A stretch of 63,693 nucleotides of DNA, filler included, from Pelomyxa schiedti (GCA_020536535.1; 12 parts of 12 records of this genome joined end to end with filler, not necessarily neighbours in it); one strand, 5' to 3'. Shown: positions 48,838 to 61,684, counted from the first letter of the whole stretch. Notes: generated by a model from the sequence alone, not told the origin. A program made the numbers and translations.

Positions 48838-49006
48838 TGTGTAAGTAATAAATAAATAAATAAATGAAATAAAACCAAGAGAACATGAGGCTTGAGTGAT
48901 GTACTTTCTTGTTTTTTGTTTTTGTCTGCCAAAAAAAGGAAACCACCTTTTGTTGTTGAAAAGAGAAAATCAAAATATTATCTCTTACACAGACTGGGAC
49001 CAACAA

Positions 49007-49791
49007 CTATAACTGGTGAGGGTCGTATGTCAGCACTGCCAGCGACTTCCCTGTTATGGTATCACAAATGGAAACTTCCCTCAGTGTTGACGACGATGAG
49101 GTTGGAATCTGGGACATACAGTAGATTGACCCACACGTGGAGTGGCACTGTTGGACTTTCCAGTAGGAATCATAACAGCATGAGGGCTGACTCAAGTCTG
49201 ATGATGCACAATAGACCTCACACACTGCCAAGGGGTCGGAGGTACCACCCTTACGTGAGGCAGTGATGTGTGAAGGCCAGGCTGTGGTAACTTGTCTGTA
49301 CATTTCTGCAGCGAATACACGGACCTCACCAGTGACAGTGTTGATAAATCTGAAGTTACCACCCAGGTGACTTCTGCACAGAATGAGGATTGTGCTGGGG
49401 GATGCCCAAATCAGGTCACAAGGGCTTGAGTCTGGGAGAAATACAGTCTTCTTGGAAACCACCACCGTGACACCGGCTTCAATGCTCTTCTCAAGGTCAA
49501 CAAATGAGATTGTTGGCAAAGGCTGATGACCCTCAACTGGCTGCTGTTGGCCAACGAAAACAGTCTCATCACCACAAGGATCAAATGGAGATATCCTCAC
49601 AGCACCGCCACCCAGTGGTACAGTGCACTTCACAACAACACCGCTGGACACAGGCACACCATTGCTGTCCACCCTCCACACAATCAACTTCTTCACAGTT
49701 GCCAGGGGCTCAACCCTCACAAGCCACTTCTTGTTGCTGACCCAGAACCCAAACAAGTCGCACTGAGTGTCACCTTCCAGTTCCGCCACCA
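49007..49791 (-). CDS. Orphan family member, 5' truncated by contig end
   Basis: VSNKKWLVR, FVDLEKS, FINTVTGE and ICDTITGKSLAVL are shared with other members. Confidence 0.65.
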
Positions 49792-49891
49792 NNNNNNNNN
49801 NNNNNNNNNNNNNNNNNNNNNNNNNNNNNNNNNNNTTAATTAATTAANNNNNNNNNNNNNNNNNNNNNNNNNNNNNNNNNNNNNNNNNNNN

Positions 49892-50684
49892 ACTGGCTTC
49901 CTGTTGTTCCCTCAGAGTGCTCAACAACGATCACCGCCTGCGATGGAATCACTTTATTCAGCGTAAGGAACGTGGCTCTGTAAGAAGGATACGGAAGTGC
50001 AACAGAAACACCAGAATCCACCCCCGCCGTTGCCGTAGGTGCCACAACAAACAGCTTTCCACCACTCTTGAGGTTCACCAGCCAACTCCTGTTTGCACAC
50101 AAGTGCGAAATGCTCCCCTCCTCCCTCCGCCTCAGTACCGTTAGGGCACCACTCAACGCATCGACCATCTTGACCTCAGGCCTCCCAGCTGTGAGGCCAT
50201 CCACCCCAATGAACCTGTTCTCATCTACCCACTGTTGCTTCTCGAAGAAGTAGGCCAGGTTCGCCGTCACTTGCACGCCGCCACCCATAATCCCGAGAAG
50301 CAGAGGCGACACGGAAAACCTGAAACTGCACACGAGCTCCACAGCATCTGGTGATTCGTCTCTCACTGCAACACAGATGGCAACTACCCTCTGGCAGCCC
50401 ACGACCCAGTCGTCCCACAATTGCCTCAGCACGTGGGCTCCCAGCGCGCGGGCGGGCGACCGCGCCCCGCACCTCGCCGAGAAAACCGCGAGCGCCAGCG
50501 ACGAGAGCTGTGCGGGGGCGCTCAGTCCCCCGTCGTGGATGGTGACGTCGCCCAGCCAGTCTGGCTTCGTCACTTTGATCGGCGCAGCAACGTCCGCTTC
50601 CTTTTTTACTTGTGTTGTTGGTGGTGCTCGTGGTTGATCGATCCTTGGTCTCTTGTGCGTCGGTGACGTACGTTCGTCTGACAT
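49892..50684 (-). CDS. Orphan family member (ARCGARSPARAL), 3' truncated
   Basis: SAPAQLSSLALAVFSARCGARSPARALGAHVLRQLWDDWVV; tandem paralog of 50768-52008. Confidence 0.75.
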
Positions 50685-50767
50685 GGATGATGACTTTTTT
50701 TTTTTCCTAAGGGAATGATGGAAGCGATATCAGATTCACTTACAATAAGTACGTGTCCTTTGTAGTG

Positions 50768-52008
50768 TCACCACAAGAAAGATGTTTTGGGGGACAGACC
50801 AACAAACCACCAACCGGTGATACTAAATATCACCGGAATCAGTGTGGACGAAGCATCAATCACCTGAAGTGTTCTGCAGCAACTTTCAATGGCAATAACG
50901 AGGCCACTACCAACGAGGTATTGGGTCTCACTCTCAACTTGTGGGATGCACTTCACCACTGGCTTGTTTGTTGTGTCGTTGCAGTCCCAAATGTCCAGCC
51001 TCTTTTCCTCTTTGTGGAGGACTGAGAACATCGATCCACTCACTTGATCCAAAATGCAACCATTTCGATGCACATACAGGGCAGTCACCTCTCCGTTTGA
51101 TTGCACCGACCACACAAATGTGTCCCTTATGATGTTGGAAGCACTCACAAGGAATACGTTTTGGCCACACTTGTTCTGCAATGCCACAATGGTGCCCAAC
51201 AGATACCCCTCATCCAGATGCTGTTGAAATGGGGTTGTGCTCAAAACATGCAGTATTTTTGTGGCATAGCTCTTCCCAACATCAATCACCCAGAAATACC
51301 TGCGCATTCCACTTGCTATTAGAGCCACTGCAAGTGATGGGTTCGCCTTACTCAGTGCAAGCAAGGAAGCGCAGCACCGATCAGGAATCACAATTGTTAT
51401 TGGACCCTGCTTCCGTTCTCTCATGTCTGTGATAAATAGCTTGGATCCACTGTGCCCAATAACTTTGCATTTTCAGTGCATGACTTGGTTGAAATGGACT
51501 CAAATTCATCATCCCTGGCTCTCTGCCTCCTTCTGAGTCTTTTCCAAGAAATGGACTCGACCACACGCACGGGGCCCATAATCCCAAGCAGCAGTGGCGA
51601 CACGGCAAACTTAAAGGTGCACGACTGATTGGTGGCAGACCCGCAGGGCTTCACGGCCACGTCGACGGTGATGTGCTTTTGGCAGGCAACGACCCACTCG
51701 TCCCACAATTGCTTCAGCATGTAATTTCCCAGCGCGCGGGCGGGCGACCGCCCCCCGCACCTCGCCGAGACTACCGCGAGCGCCAAAGACGAGATCTGGG
51801 AACGCGCACTCACGCCACCGTGTATCTCGATGTCGCCCAGCCAATCTGGCTTCGTCACTTTGATAGCGTATCCACTCCCCACACAACTTGCTTTTGTTGC
51901 TGTTTCCGTTGTAGTTGTGGCCTCGCTTTGTTTGTCGGTGGCGTTTGGAGGTTCGTCGATTCTCGGTCTCTTGTTTGTTGGTTCCGCTGCCGCTTCGTGC
52001 CCCCACAT
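50768..52008 (-). pseudogene. Orphan family member with an internal frameshift near 51455
   Basis: N-half (ARCGGRSPARAL...LWDEWVV) and C-half (LDQVSGSMFSV, LDIWDCN, LSPKTSFLW) lie in different frames. The segment GSKLFITD continues upstream of the second ORF's ATG. Confidence 0.6.
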
Positions 52009-52361
52009 TTTTAGCTGAAATCAGAGTAAGATAAAAAGTGCTCGCGGAATAAAAAAAACACCAAGGTTCCTGTTTTGCAGGAGAGAGTCCAGAGATGCGA
52101 TTGAGGTCACTGATTCGCATTGCCGCCAGTTTGCCGTGTCGAAAACCTAAACGGGGTTTCTTAACTCACATCTTCTTTTTGAAGTATCACCACAAGAAAG
52201 AGGTGTCAGACATCACATCAGTTATCAACCACCCACTGATGCCAAAGGTGACTACAGTGTGNNNNNNNNNNNNNNNNNNNNNNNNNNNNNNNNNNNNNNN
52301 NNNNNTTAATTAATTAANNNNNNNNNNNNNNNNNNNNNNNNNNNNNNNNNNNNNNNNNNNN

Positions 52362-52581
52362 TTCAGGGCTTTTGTTTTCCCTTTACGGCAATGAAGTGAT
52401 GGTGATGGAACCACTCACAGGGTTCATTGTGTTCCGTGTCACTCTCCCATCGACACCATGCAATGAGCTTGAGTATGCCTTCACTGTAGTACACCTTTTC
52501 AAAAAAAAAGGAAGGAAGGCGTACCGTCGTCTTCTTGAAAACCATGACAACTTTGTCAAAGTCACGCGTGGGATCCTATGA
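52362..52581 (+). CDS. 3' end of a probable orphan family member
   Basis: QGFLFSLYGNEVMVMEPLTGFIVFRV matches the family C-terminal pattern (GGFIF...V.D..SG). Confidence 0.35.
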
Positions 52582-54955
52582 GTGGTTCGTTGCCGCGTGT
52601 GAGGACGACACCGACGCACTGCGGCGTCTGCTGGCCGCCGACCGCGACCTACTAAACTCTGTAAACAACGAACGAGAACGAGTGGTGTGAATGCGGGACC
52701 TCCTCTTTTTTTTTTACACGATAATAATTCGTTTTGCGCGGGGCGCACGCACACAGACAGCGTTGCATGCAGCCACGTGGGTACGGGTCAATTTATGACT
52801 TACTGCAATTTATCTCTCTTTACTTCGCTCTGTGGCATGTTTAGTATGTGTGTAACAGCTCCCAACCCTTTTTATTGCGTTTATTCCTCAATTTATGACT
52901 TGTTTCAATTTATCTCTCTTTGCTTCACTATCTGGCATGTTTAGGATGTGTGTAACCACTCCCAACCCTTTTATTGCGTTTCTGACTTTGCTTCAATTGA
53001 TCTCTCATTGTTTCACTCTCTGTGGCATGTTTAGCATGTGTGTAACAGCTCCCAACCCTTTTTATATTTATTGCGTTTATTCATCAATTTATGACTTGTT
53101 TCAATTTATCTCTCTTTGCTTCACTCTCTGTGGCATGTTTAGCATGTGTGTAACAGCTCCCAACCCTTTTTATTGCGTTTATTCATCAATTTCTGACTTT
53201 ACTTCGATTTATCTCTCTTTGCTTCGCTCTCTGTGGCATGTTTAGTATGTGTGTAACAGCTCCCAACCCTTTTTATATTTATTGCGTTTATTCATCAATT
53301 TCTGACTTTGCTTCAATTGATCTCTCATTGCTTCACTCTCTGTGGCATGTTTAGCATGTGTGTAACAGCTCCCAACCCTTTTTATTGCATTTATGACTTT
53401 GCTTCAATTTATCTCTCATTGTTTCGCTCTGTGGCATGTTTAGATTGTGTGTAACAGCTCCCAACCCTTTTTATTGTGTTTATTCATCAATTTCTGACTT
53501 TGCTTCACTCTCTGTGGCATGTTTAGATTGTGTGTAACAGCTCCCAACCCTTTTTATTGCGTTTATTCATCAATTTCTTACTTTACTTCGATTTATCTCT
53601 CATTGCTTCGCTCTGTGGCATATTTAGTATGTGTGTAACAGCTCCCAACCCTTTTTATTTGTTTATTCATCAATTTATGACTTGTTTCAATTTATCTCTC
53701 ATTTCTTCACTCTCTGTGGCATGTTTAGCATGTGTGTAACCACTCCCAACCCTTTTTATTGCGTTTATTCATCAATTTCTGACTTTACTTCGATTTATCT
53801 CTCATTGCTTCGCTCTGTGGCATGTTTAGCATGTGTGTAACAGCTCCCAACCCTTTTTATTGCGTTTATTCATCAATTTATGACTTGTTTCAATTTATCT
53901 CTCTTTGCTTCACTCTCTGTGGCATGTTTAGCATGTGTGTAACAGCTCCCAACCCTTTTTATTCTGTTTATTCATCAATTTCTGACTTTGCTTCAATTTA
54001 TCTCTCATTGCTTCACTCTCTGTGGCATGTTTAGTATGTGTGTAACAGCTCCCAACCCTTTTTATTGTGTTTATTCATCAATTTATGACTTTACTTCGAT
54101 TTATCTCTCATTGCTTCGCTCTGTGGCATGTTTAGCGTGTGTGTAACAGCTCCCAACCCTTTTTATTGCGTTTATTCAGCAATTTCTGACTTGTTTCAAT
54201 TTATCTCTCTTTGCTTCACTATCTGTGGCATGTTTAGCATGTGTGTAACAGCTCCCAACCCTTTTTATTCTGTTTATTCATCAATTTCTGACTTTGCTTC
54301 AATTGATCTCTCATTGCTTCACTCTCTGTGGCATGTTTAGCATGTGTGTAACAGCTCCCAACCCTTTTTATATTTATTGCGTTTATTCATCAATTTCTGA
54401 CTTTACTTCAATTTATCTCTCATTGCTTCACTCTCTGTGGCATGTTTAGTATGTGTGTAACAGCTCCCAACCCTTTTTATTGTGTTTATTCATCAATTTC
54501 TGACTTGCTTCAATTTATCTCTGTGACACTTTATATCATTTTTCTACCTGTTGGACAATTGGATCCTTTTATTACCATAAGGGAGTAAGTACACACTCCC
54601 TGGCAGCTTTTTGTTCTAACTTTCCGCTATTTTTCTGGTCTTTTGCACTGCTGCAGATTGTATGAACTCCACTCCTTGAATCTTTACTGTGCTTACCTTC
54701 TTATTTTTCAGGAAGTACAACTTTTTTTTTCTTTGTGGTGTTACTCATATATTTTTTGGGGGTATCTTTCAAATTGAAAGGGTGATGTACGTACCCACCC
54801 CCCAATATCCTTTGTTTTCTTTCCTTTAATTGATGCTTGACACAAAACTTTCTTTTCCTCTCTCTCAGATTGCACTTCATCTTGCCTGCAGAGAAGGAAA
54901 CGTTGCAATTGTGAAACAACTTCTGTCTTGTGTGGGTATTGGCACTCACATCAAG
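52544..54955 (+). CDS. Ankyrin-repeat gene, 5' exons, interrupted by a satellite array
   Basis: Exon 1 MTTLSKSRVGSYEWFVAACEDDTDALRRLLAADRDLLN; exon 2 (from 52757) TALHAATW; exon 54869-54955 IALHLACREGNVAIVKQLLSCVGIGTHIK. Confidence 0.55.
52788..54525. repeat. Tandem satellite, about 17 copies of a ~100-bp unit
   Basis: Unit approx. ctctgtggcatgtttagcatgtgtgtaacagctcccaaccctttttattgcgtttattcatcaatttctgactttgcttcaatttatctctcattgcttcact. 17 'gtaac(ag/ca)ctcccaacc' cores counted. No unique spacers. Confidence 0.97.
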
Positions 54956-55095
54956 GTTGTTTCCCCCCTATTTGATTGAAATTACTGTTGATTTTNNNNN
55001 NNNNNNNNNNNNNNNNNNNNNNNNNNNNNNNNNNNNNNNTTAATTAATTAANNNNNNNNNNNNNNNNNNNNNNNNNNNNNNNNNNNNNNNNNNNN

Positions 55096-56176
55096 CGGCG
55101 TCAAGTAGAATTTTGCAGAATTCAACCTGTTTGGTACTTTTCCTGACACACCGCAATGGGGTGTTGATGCAGCGTTCATATCCTCCGGAATCCCTGAGGA
55201 TATTTGGGGTAACCCCAGCAGCAAGCAACATCCTTGTGAGCTCGAGGTCTTCCAAGTCAAGTGCGAAATAGAGGGGATGCAAGGGTTTTCTGTGGCCGTA
55301 AAGGAAGCCTCCAATGGTGCCTGCCCCAGAAGACACTGCTGACACGAACCACTTTCTGAACGTCTCAGACATAAACGCCGGGGGGCAGTCATATTCCATC
55401 TTTGAGACACACGTCTTGATGAGTTTTCTCACCTCAGCCCTGTCAGTTGGGAGTATTCCAGCTTCCAACAAAATGACGTTGGCAGTTTCTGGGTCTGGTG
55501 CTTGAAAGAACAGATCGAACCAATCAATCTTTCCTCTCTCATCCGCATTAAGGAAGTTCAGCACAGCCTTGAAGAAGGCCTGATCGTGACTGGCTGCAGC
55601 AGTACTTACAGCAGTGCCAGGATCTCCTTCTCGCTCAAATCCATGCTTGGAAATGTGCGCAGTTACAACTTCAAACTGTGGAAGGCAAAGTAAGAATCCC
55701 AGTGTGACAAAATCTACTCACCTCTTTCATGCTGCTACAAGCTCCAAGAAAACTCCAGTTTGCTTTGACAGGAAACATCTCAGCCAAGTACTGGAAGAGA
55801 TCCACTTGATTTATGAACCTACACAGAATTCCTGGGGCAATTGCCTCAGCAGTGGATTTCTCTGGGAGCCTTCCTTCACCCGCAAGATCGAAAATAGCTT
55901 TTTCGATATACTTCACACCCTTCGAGAGGTAAAACTCACTGGGCACCGTTCCATCATAGGCCAGGAGCCAATGCAATGGGACTCTTTTGTTCAAGTTAAG
56001 CACAAAGATGAGACTTGATTTCACATACTTATCAAGGTTTTCAATTTCAAGAGCCTTGGATATTACCTCTGGGGATCCCCACTTAGCGACACAAGAGTAT
56101 ACTGACTTCCCGTTACGTTCCTTGATTCCTCCATGTGACTGGGCATAATTCAGAATCGTGAGTATCAATCCTCGAT
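55096..56176 (-). CDS. Ankyrin-repeat-like protein, internal fragment
   Basis: GKSVYSCVAKWGSPEVI, VPLHWLL, HPLYFALDLEDLELTRMLLAAGVTPN, TPLRC...CKILLDA. Confidence 0.6.
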
Positions 56177-56276
56177 NNNNNNNNNNNNNNNNNNNNNNNN
56201 NNNNNNNNNNNNNNNNNNNNTTAATTAATTAANNNNNNNNNNNNNNNNNNNNNNNNNNNNNNNNNNNNNNNNNNNN

Positions 56277-57775
56277 CCAGAAACTGAAGGAGGAACACAA
56301 CAGAGAGAGGGAAATTGAAAGAAATCAATGGAACACTGAAAGAACACAATTGCAGAACCTGCTGAACATTGCAGAAAAAAAGATAAAGGCATGCTTTGAA
56401 AATATAACATTTAGTTAGTAACCTCTCGTTTCACTCAAGCAAAATGAAGAAGCTGATGGAGTGCTTGGTGTTAATGAAACAAACCAGCAACAGCAAATGC
56501 GGTCAGAGGCACTTTGTGAGTTGTCCACTACATTCAAGGTGGCAACCAAGTTACGATCACAGTTGCAAAAAGCAGCACCTCTGTTGGTCTCACTTGAGAA
56601 TTCAGTTTCAATGCTGAAGCAGTTCCTTGAAAGTGCCACAGAAAGGAACCTATCACTTGAGGTTCACTTGAAGGACCTGTCAACTCTGAGGAAGGAACTC
56701 GAAAAAGCAGTTGAAGAGTCAGACACAAGGTGCAAGCAAGTTCTTGGGCAAACACTGACAGTGGAGAGCAGCGAGTCAGAGATACAGCAGTGCTCCAGGA
56801 GCCTCTCGTCATTGATGAAGAAGCTTCTGGAAATCAAGACATTGTCATCATCATCAGGGAACAATGAAGAAAAAGAACGAGGAACACGAGCAGTTCCAAC
56901 CAAAGGTAAATTCCAGCCACATATTTACCCAGTTTTCAACTTATACACATACAGACATCAACAACTTGATGTCTCTCAAACCATGGTTGCTTCTGAAACC
57001 TCTGGAAGCTCCTCTGCCCTCCTCTTCCTCCACCTGTGTCCCTTTCAGCTTGCTGTTGAGAGAGATCACAACTGACACAGTGTTGTCGACTCAAGGGGGG
57101 GGATGCAACGACTTCGACAAGTGCCACACGGTCATTGACCAACACACAGTGTTACACAAGGAGTGCACCTCCCAGGCAGCACTGGGTCAGAGGCTCCACA
57201 AGGAAATCGTGGATCTCCTTTCAACGTGCCAGGGGCTCAACGAGGTGCACAATTGCAAGTACATGCTCATGCGAGGACTCGAGGGTGACGAGCAGTTCAT
57301 GTCGCACCCTGATGTGTGGTCTCAGCTCTCTGACTTGTTCCCTCGTTCACTTCAGTCTGTCGTGGATGTGATGGTTTCCAAGAGCACTTCAGCCAGCATG
57401 AATTCAACAACAACAACAACAATGGCGACACAGCCAGGGTGCACTGCCTCTGTCGTTCCAGCAGGTCATTACACACAACATGCCCCCCAGCAACAACCAC
57501 AAACAGGGATTATTAGCGGTGTCAATAGCAGCAGCCCAACAGGAGGTAACGTGGTGATGATGTGCATTGACTGTGATGAGAGTCCACCAAACGTGCAGTT
57601 CCAACCTTGTGGTCACGTGGTGCTGTGCACTCAGGTATGTTGCTTTCTTTCTTTGATTCTTTGGTGGGTTCTGACAACACACACAAAAAACAAAAAACCT
57701 GTGCAGTGTGCAGCAAATGTGAGGAAGTGCACTCACTGCCGTGCACCAATCAAAACTAAAACAGAGATACCTTGA
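56277..57775 (+). CDS. Coiled-coil protein with C-terminal C3HC4 (IAP/MDM2-type) RING finger, 5' partial
   Basis: CIDCDESPPNVQFQPCGHVVLCTQ/CAANVRKCTHCRAPIK. An intron at about 56907-56953 joins the two ORFs in frame. Confidence 0.8.
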
Positions 57776-59171
57776 ACCACTGCCACAATCAAAAACAATC
57801 CACTTCCTGTTACAACTCACCAGGTGAGTTGTTTATGATGACATAAACATGCCTCTTGGCCACGTCCAAGCAAACCTCTCCTCCCTTGATGATGAATGAA
57901 TGAATTCCATTCGCATAAGTTATTGGGACAGCCAATGCTTTTCGGAGTACCCTTCAGAACCAACTTAGTTTTGGGAGTTTACTCCACAATAAATGTGGTA
58001 GGAGGTACAGAGGCCAAACCAGAGAAGTCACCAACATGGAACCCGCTGTTAGCTTCGAAGCCACGCTGTTGTCCAATTCTCAGTCGAGATTGCCTCAGAA
58101 TCAATCACCGCTGCAGTCCGCATTAGTGCGTTCCGTGTCTCATAAGATCATCGCTGCCTTATTCCAGTAATTCCATCAAGCCTGCATTGGATCTCAAGAG
58201 TCGAGATTCGTACAGAGTCCGCAGAGTGTCCATAGAGCTGAAGCTCGTGTACTTGCTAAAGTACACACCGCACTGCAATCATGCACCGCGAACTTAATTG
58301 CAGTGGCACGGCTGTGAGTCTCTGAACTGTGTGTTGTTGATACAATCAGCTGTGACTGAACCCTGAGGGAAGGAGCTGCCAAGTGCAAGGCACACTGAGT
58401 GTGGGAGGAGTCAATGTGAGGCTTCCCCCATTGTGGAAAACTTCAAAATATACAAAAAACCTCAACACAAACACACCCAAATGTATCCATCCATTCCAAG
58501 ATGAATAAAATACATTGTGCCTCTTTGTTCTCTTTTGGTGCAGTTTCCCACCCAAGGAAACATCTGGTGGAGGATGCGTGTTTTGACCCTCACAAGCACT
58601 TCAACATCTTGGATCTGATTGCTCTGAATCATCAAGATCGACATCAATCACAGTGACACCGCACATGGCTCGCTGTTGATACCATCTGGCTCACGCTGTG
58701 GACATGCTCTACATCATCTTGACACTGTTTCTCTTCGTTCATCGACGAATCGACATCATCGGCGATTATCTTCGCATCGGAACATTGCTATCACACAACG
58801 CTGTTTCTATTGGCATGCTACGTTCGAGTACTTCGACACCCACGCAGTGACATCGCATTCTGTTGCTTCGTTGCGTTACTCTGTTGCTCTTTTCATTCGC
58901 ATCATTTTGCAAGCATTCCGCATTGCACCTTCGTTATGCTTCATCGTTGTCATTATCTGTTCTATCTACTGTGGTGTTACTCTTGCATTACACACTCATG
59001 CATATCTACTTCGACGTTCTCATGGTTATACACTCGCGTCATTACCGCTCTTTCAGCAACATCGTTTTCCTGTTGTTTTCTTGCTCATTCTGTTCGTCAG
59101 TCGTTTGCACCAACGGGAGATGCTCAAGTGTTTTGGCAACGGCTCTGTCTACACGACATTGCATCTGTAAA

Positions 59172-59892
59172 TTACTTTGCACTGTGGCCTGGAAACCGCC
59201 TAGCAAGTTTATGTACGTGTCCAAGGGCAAGGTCCAGCATACCTACGACGGCGGCTGGAGCGACGGGCTGAGGAACGGGCGGGGGGTGCTCACATGGCCA
59301 GACGGTTGTACGTACGACGGTGAGTGGAAGAACGACGCCCAAGACGGGTGGGGTGTTCGGCACTGGCCAGACGGCTCGTTGTACGAGGGGCTGTGGCGTG
59401 GCGGGTACTGGTGCAGGGGGATGTGGCACGACTCCAACGGCGTAGACGTGAAGGAGGGCGAGTGGGCGCTGGATGCCTCGGCACAATTTCACAACATGCA
59501 AGGATGGGGAGTGTGGAGGAAGAGGATGATCAGGGGTGATGATGGGAGATACATCGAGGCCAAGACGACCCAACCTCCTCGTGGTGGTGGTGACGCGGTG
59601 GTGACACAGGCCGGCGCCACCACAGAGGCGATGGTGACTGTGTATGAGGGTGAGTGGAACAACGATCAGATCCACGGGTGCGGAATGTGGAAGAGTGAAA
59701 AGACAGGCACAATCTGGTGTGGTGAGTTGGTACACGGTGCTGGAAATGGAAAAGGGAGGATGCTCATTGGTGAGAACAGCCCCCACAACGACCCAGGAGG
59801 GAGCTACGTGGGTGAGATGAGGAACGGGAGGTTCCATGGGGAGGGTGTGAGGTTGTGGTCAAACGGTGACAGGTATCAGGGAAACTGGGTGG
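59172..59892 (+). CDS. MORN-repeat protein, partial
   Basis: YDGGWSDGLRNGRGVLTWPDGCTYDGEWKNDAQDGWGVRHWPDGSLYEGLW, YVGEMRNGRFHGEGVRLWSNGDRYQGNW. Confidence 0.9.
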
Positions 59893-60310
59893 NNNNNNNN
59901 NNNNNNNNNNNNNNNNNNNNNNNNNNNNNNNNNNNNTTAATTAATTAANNNNNNNNNNNNNNNNNNNNNNNNNNNNNNNNNNNNNNNNNNNNAGGCAACT
60001 GCCCGGCGCCGCAGCGTCTCTTACTGCGGCCACCCACCGCCACGATATCATCGAGTACGCTCGCTCGCGTCTGTTCGTTGGTTGTCATTCCCCTTTCCAC
60101 GAAATTTTTTACCCGGGTGACTTCGGAAAGTTCCGGATTTTAAAGCCCGGACACCAGGCAAGTTGGTGGGTCTGTTCAGAAAAACCAAAGTTTCACGTGA
60201 AACAGGGCCCTGTTTCTGTCCTCAGGGAACAAGGTCCGTCAGCGTAGTGGTTCTAAGAACCACATTGTCAAAGATGAAGGAGTCGACGAAAGTTTTTTGA
60301 AGACTCCACA

Positions 60311-61531
60311 TCACAGAGCGACATTGTCAAAGATGAAGAATTTGTATTCTGAGGCACGGTCGACGATGAGGAGCTGGTTTGTTGATGGAATCCACGATGT
60401 CAGCAGCACCAGGGTGCCTGAAGTAGGGAGTGAGTTTCTGTAAGTGTCATCATAAACACCAGTGGTGGTGTCATACACCCCGTCGATCTCCCTGCTGTTG
60501 TATGACTTTCCAAAGTAGAACCTCCCACACACAACAAATGCAAAGCCTGTCTGCGACTTGACGCGGGGCACCACCCACGTCTGCAAGATTGCGAGGGAGT
60601 CAGGGTCCACCCTCGTGATGTGTATGTTGCCGTGTTTGGGTGGTGCGTGGACCACGAACAGCACACCCCCTGCATCAACATACCAGCAAATGTCCGTGTA
60701 TCCACCCCAGTTCCAGCTTGATTGGCTTGAGTGGCCGGCGTTTGGGAGTGGTGCAGTTGCCACCGTTGACCCGTCGCTCACGCGCACCTTGGTCATCGTG
60801 GCTGCGTTGTGTGGGTTGCAGTACACGTGGCCGTTGTGCACTGCCTNNNNNNNNNNNNNNNNNNNNNNNNNNNNNNNNNNNNNNNNNNNNNNNNNNNNNN
60901 NNNNNNNNNNNNNNNNNNNNNNNNNNNNNNNNNNNNNNNNNNNNNNAGTGGCCGGCGTTTGGGAGTGGTGCAGTTGCCACCGTTGACCCGTCGCTCACGC
61001 GCACCTTGGTCATCGTGGCTGCGTTGTGTGGGTTGCAGTACACGTGGCCGTTGTGCACTGCCTGGTAGGTGCCGTCGGGGTAGTTGAGCACGTCCTTGAG
61101 CGTCAATTGCCTTGGGTTGGTGTTGTCGACGAAGTTGGTCATGTTTTGGAACTCTGTCAGTTTTTGGCGAAGGTAGTAGCTGTCCCAGTACACTTTGCCG
61201 GTGGCGTTGTCAACAAACAGCCTGAATGCCTGACGAGGTGTGATGGAGGGCACCATCGATGTGGCAAGTTGTTTGAGTGTCCTCGTTGTGGTTGTTGTTG
61301 TGGTGGATGTTGTGTTTGCCGCCTTTGACATCAGTGAACTCGCTGCCGAATTGTGAACAAGTTTTCCCAGTGAAGAGACTGCACCACAAACAGCAGTACA
61401 TATATTCTCAATCTGTGCTGTGAGAACTTGATTCACTGAAACAACCTCAACATCAGAGAACTGTGTGGTCGCCTGCTGTGCATATTCTTGTGCCATCTGT
61501 ACAACATTCAGCCTCTGATCACATCCCTCAA
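60311..61531 (-). CDS. Olfactomedin (OLF) domain protein with preceding helical segment, 5' partial
   Basis: GTYQAVHNGHVYCN...LPNAG...WNWGGYTDICWYVD..G.LFVVHA...GNIHITRVDPDSLAILQTW...K...GFAFVVCGRFY...YDTTTG. The internal N gap is flanked by a 117-bp duplicate (60730-60846 = 60947-61063); collapsing it gives one ORF. Confidence 0.85.
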
Positions 61532-61684
61532 NNNNNNNNNNNNNNNNNNNNNNNNNNNNNNNNNNNNNNNNNNNNTTAATTAATTAANNNNNNNNNNNNN
61601 NNNNNNNNNNNNNNNNNNNNNNNNNNNNNNNTGGCCACTTCCAGATGATGTACACAAGCATCAACCGCACCACCGTCGCACAAT

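Noticed and set aside
52788-54525. Possible CRISPR array or repeat-encoded Cys-rich protein (MCVTAPNPFY ORFs)
   Set aside because: The whole unit repeats with no unique spacers and no cas genes. Unit lengths vary by non-multiples of three and frames contain stops.
60262-60338. 18-bp duplicate (acattgtcaaagatgaag) of the olfactomedin gene's 3' end
   Set aside because: Too short to interpret; probably a local duplication remnant downstream of the stop.
60730-61063. Internal tandem duplication in the olfactomedin gene
   Set aside because: Identical 117-bp sequence on both sides of a scaffold gap is an unmerged overlap; collapsing it restores one ORF.
20698-61631. Recurrent TTAATTAATTAA palindrome within N runs, and ORFs ending in 'LIN'
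   Set aside because: Artificial six-frame-stop linker joining contigs. Adjacency across linkers carries no biological meaning.
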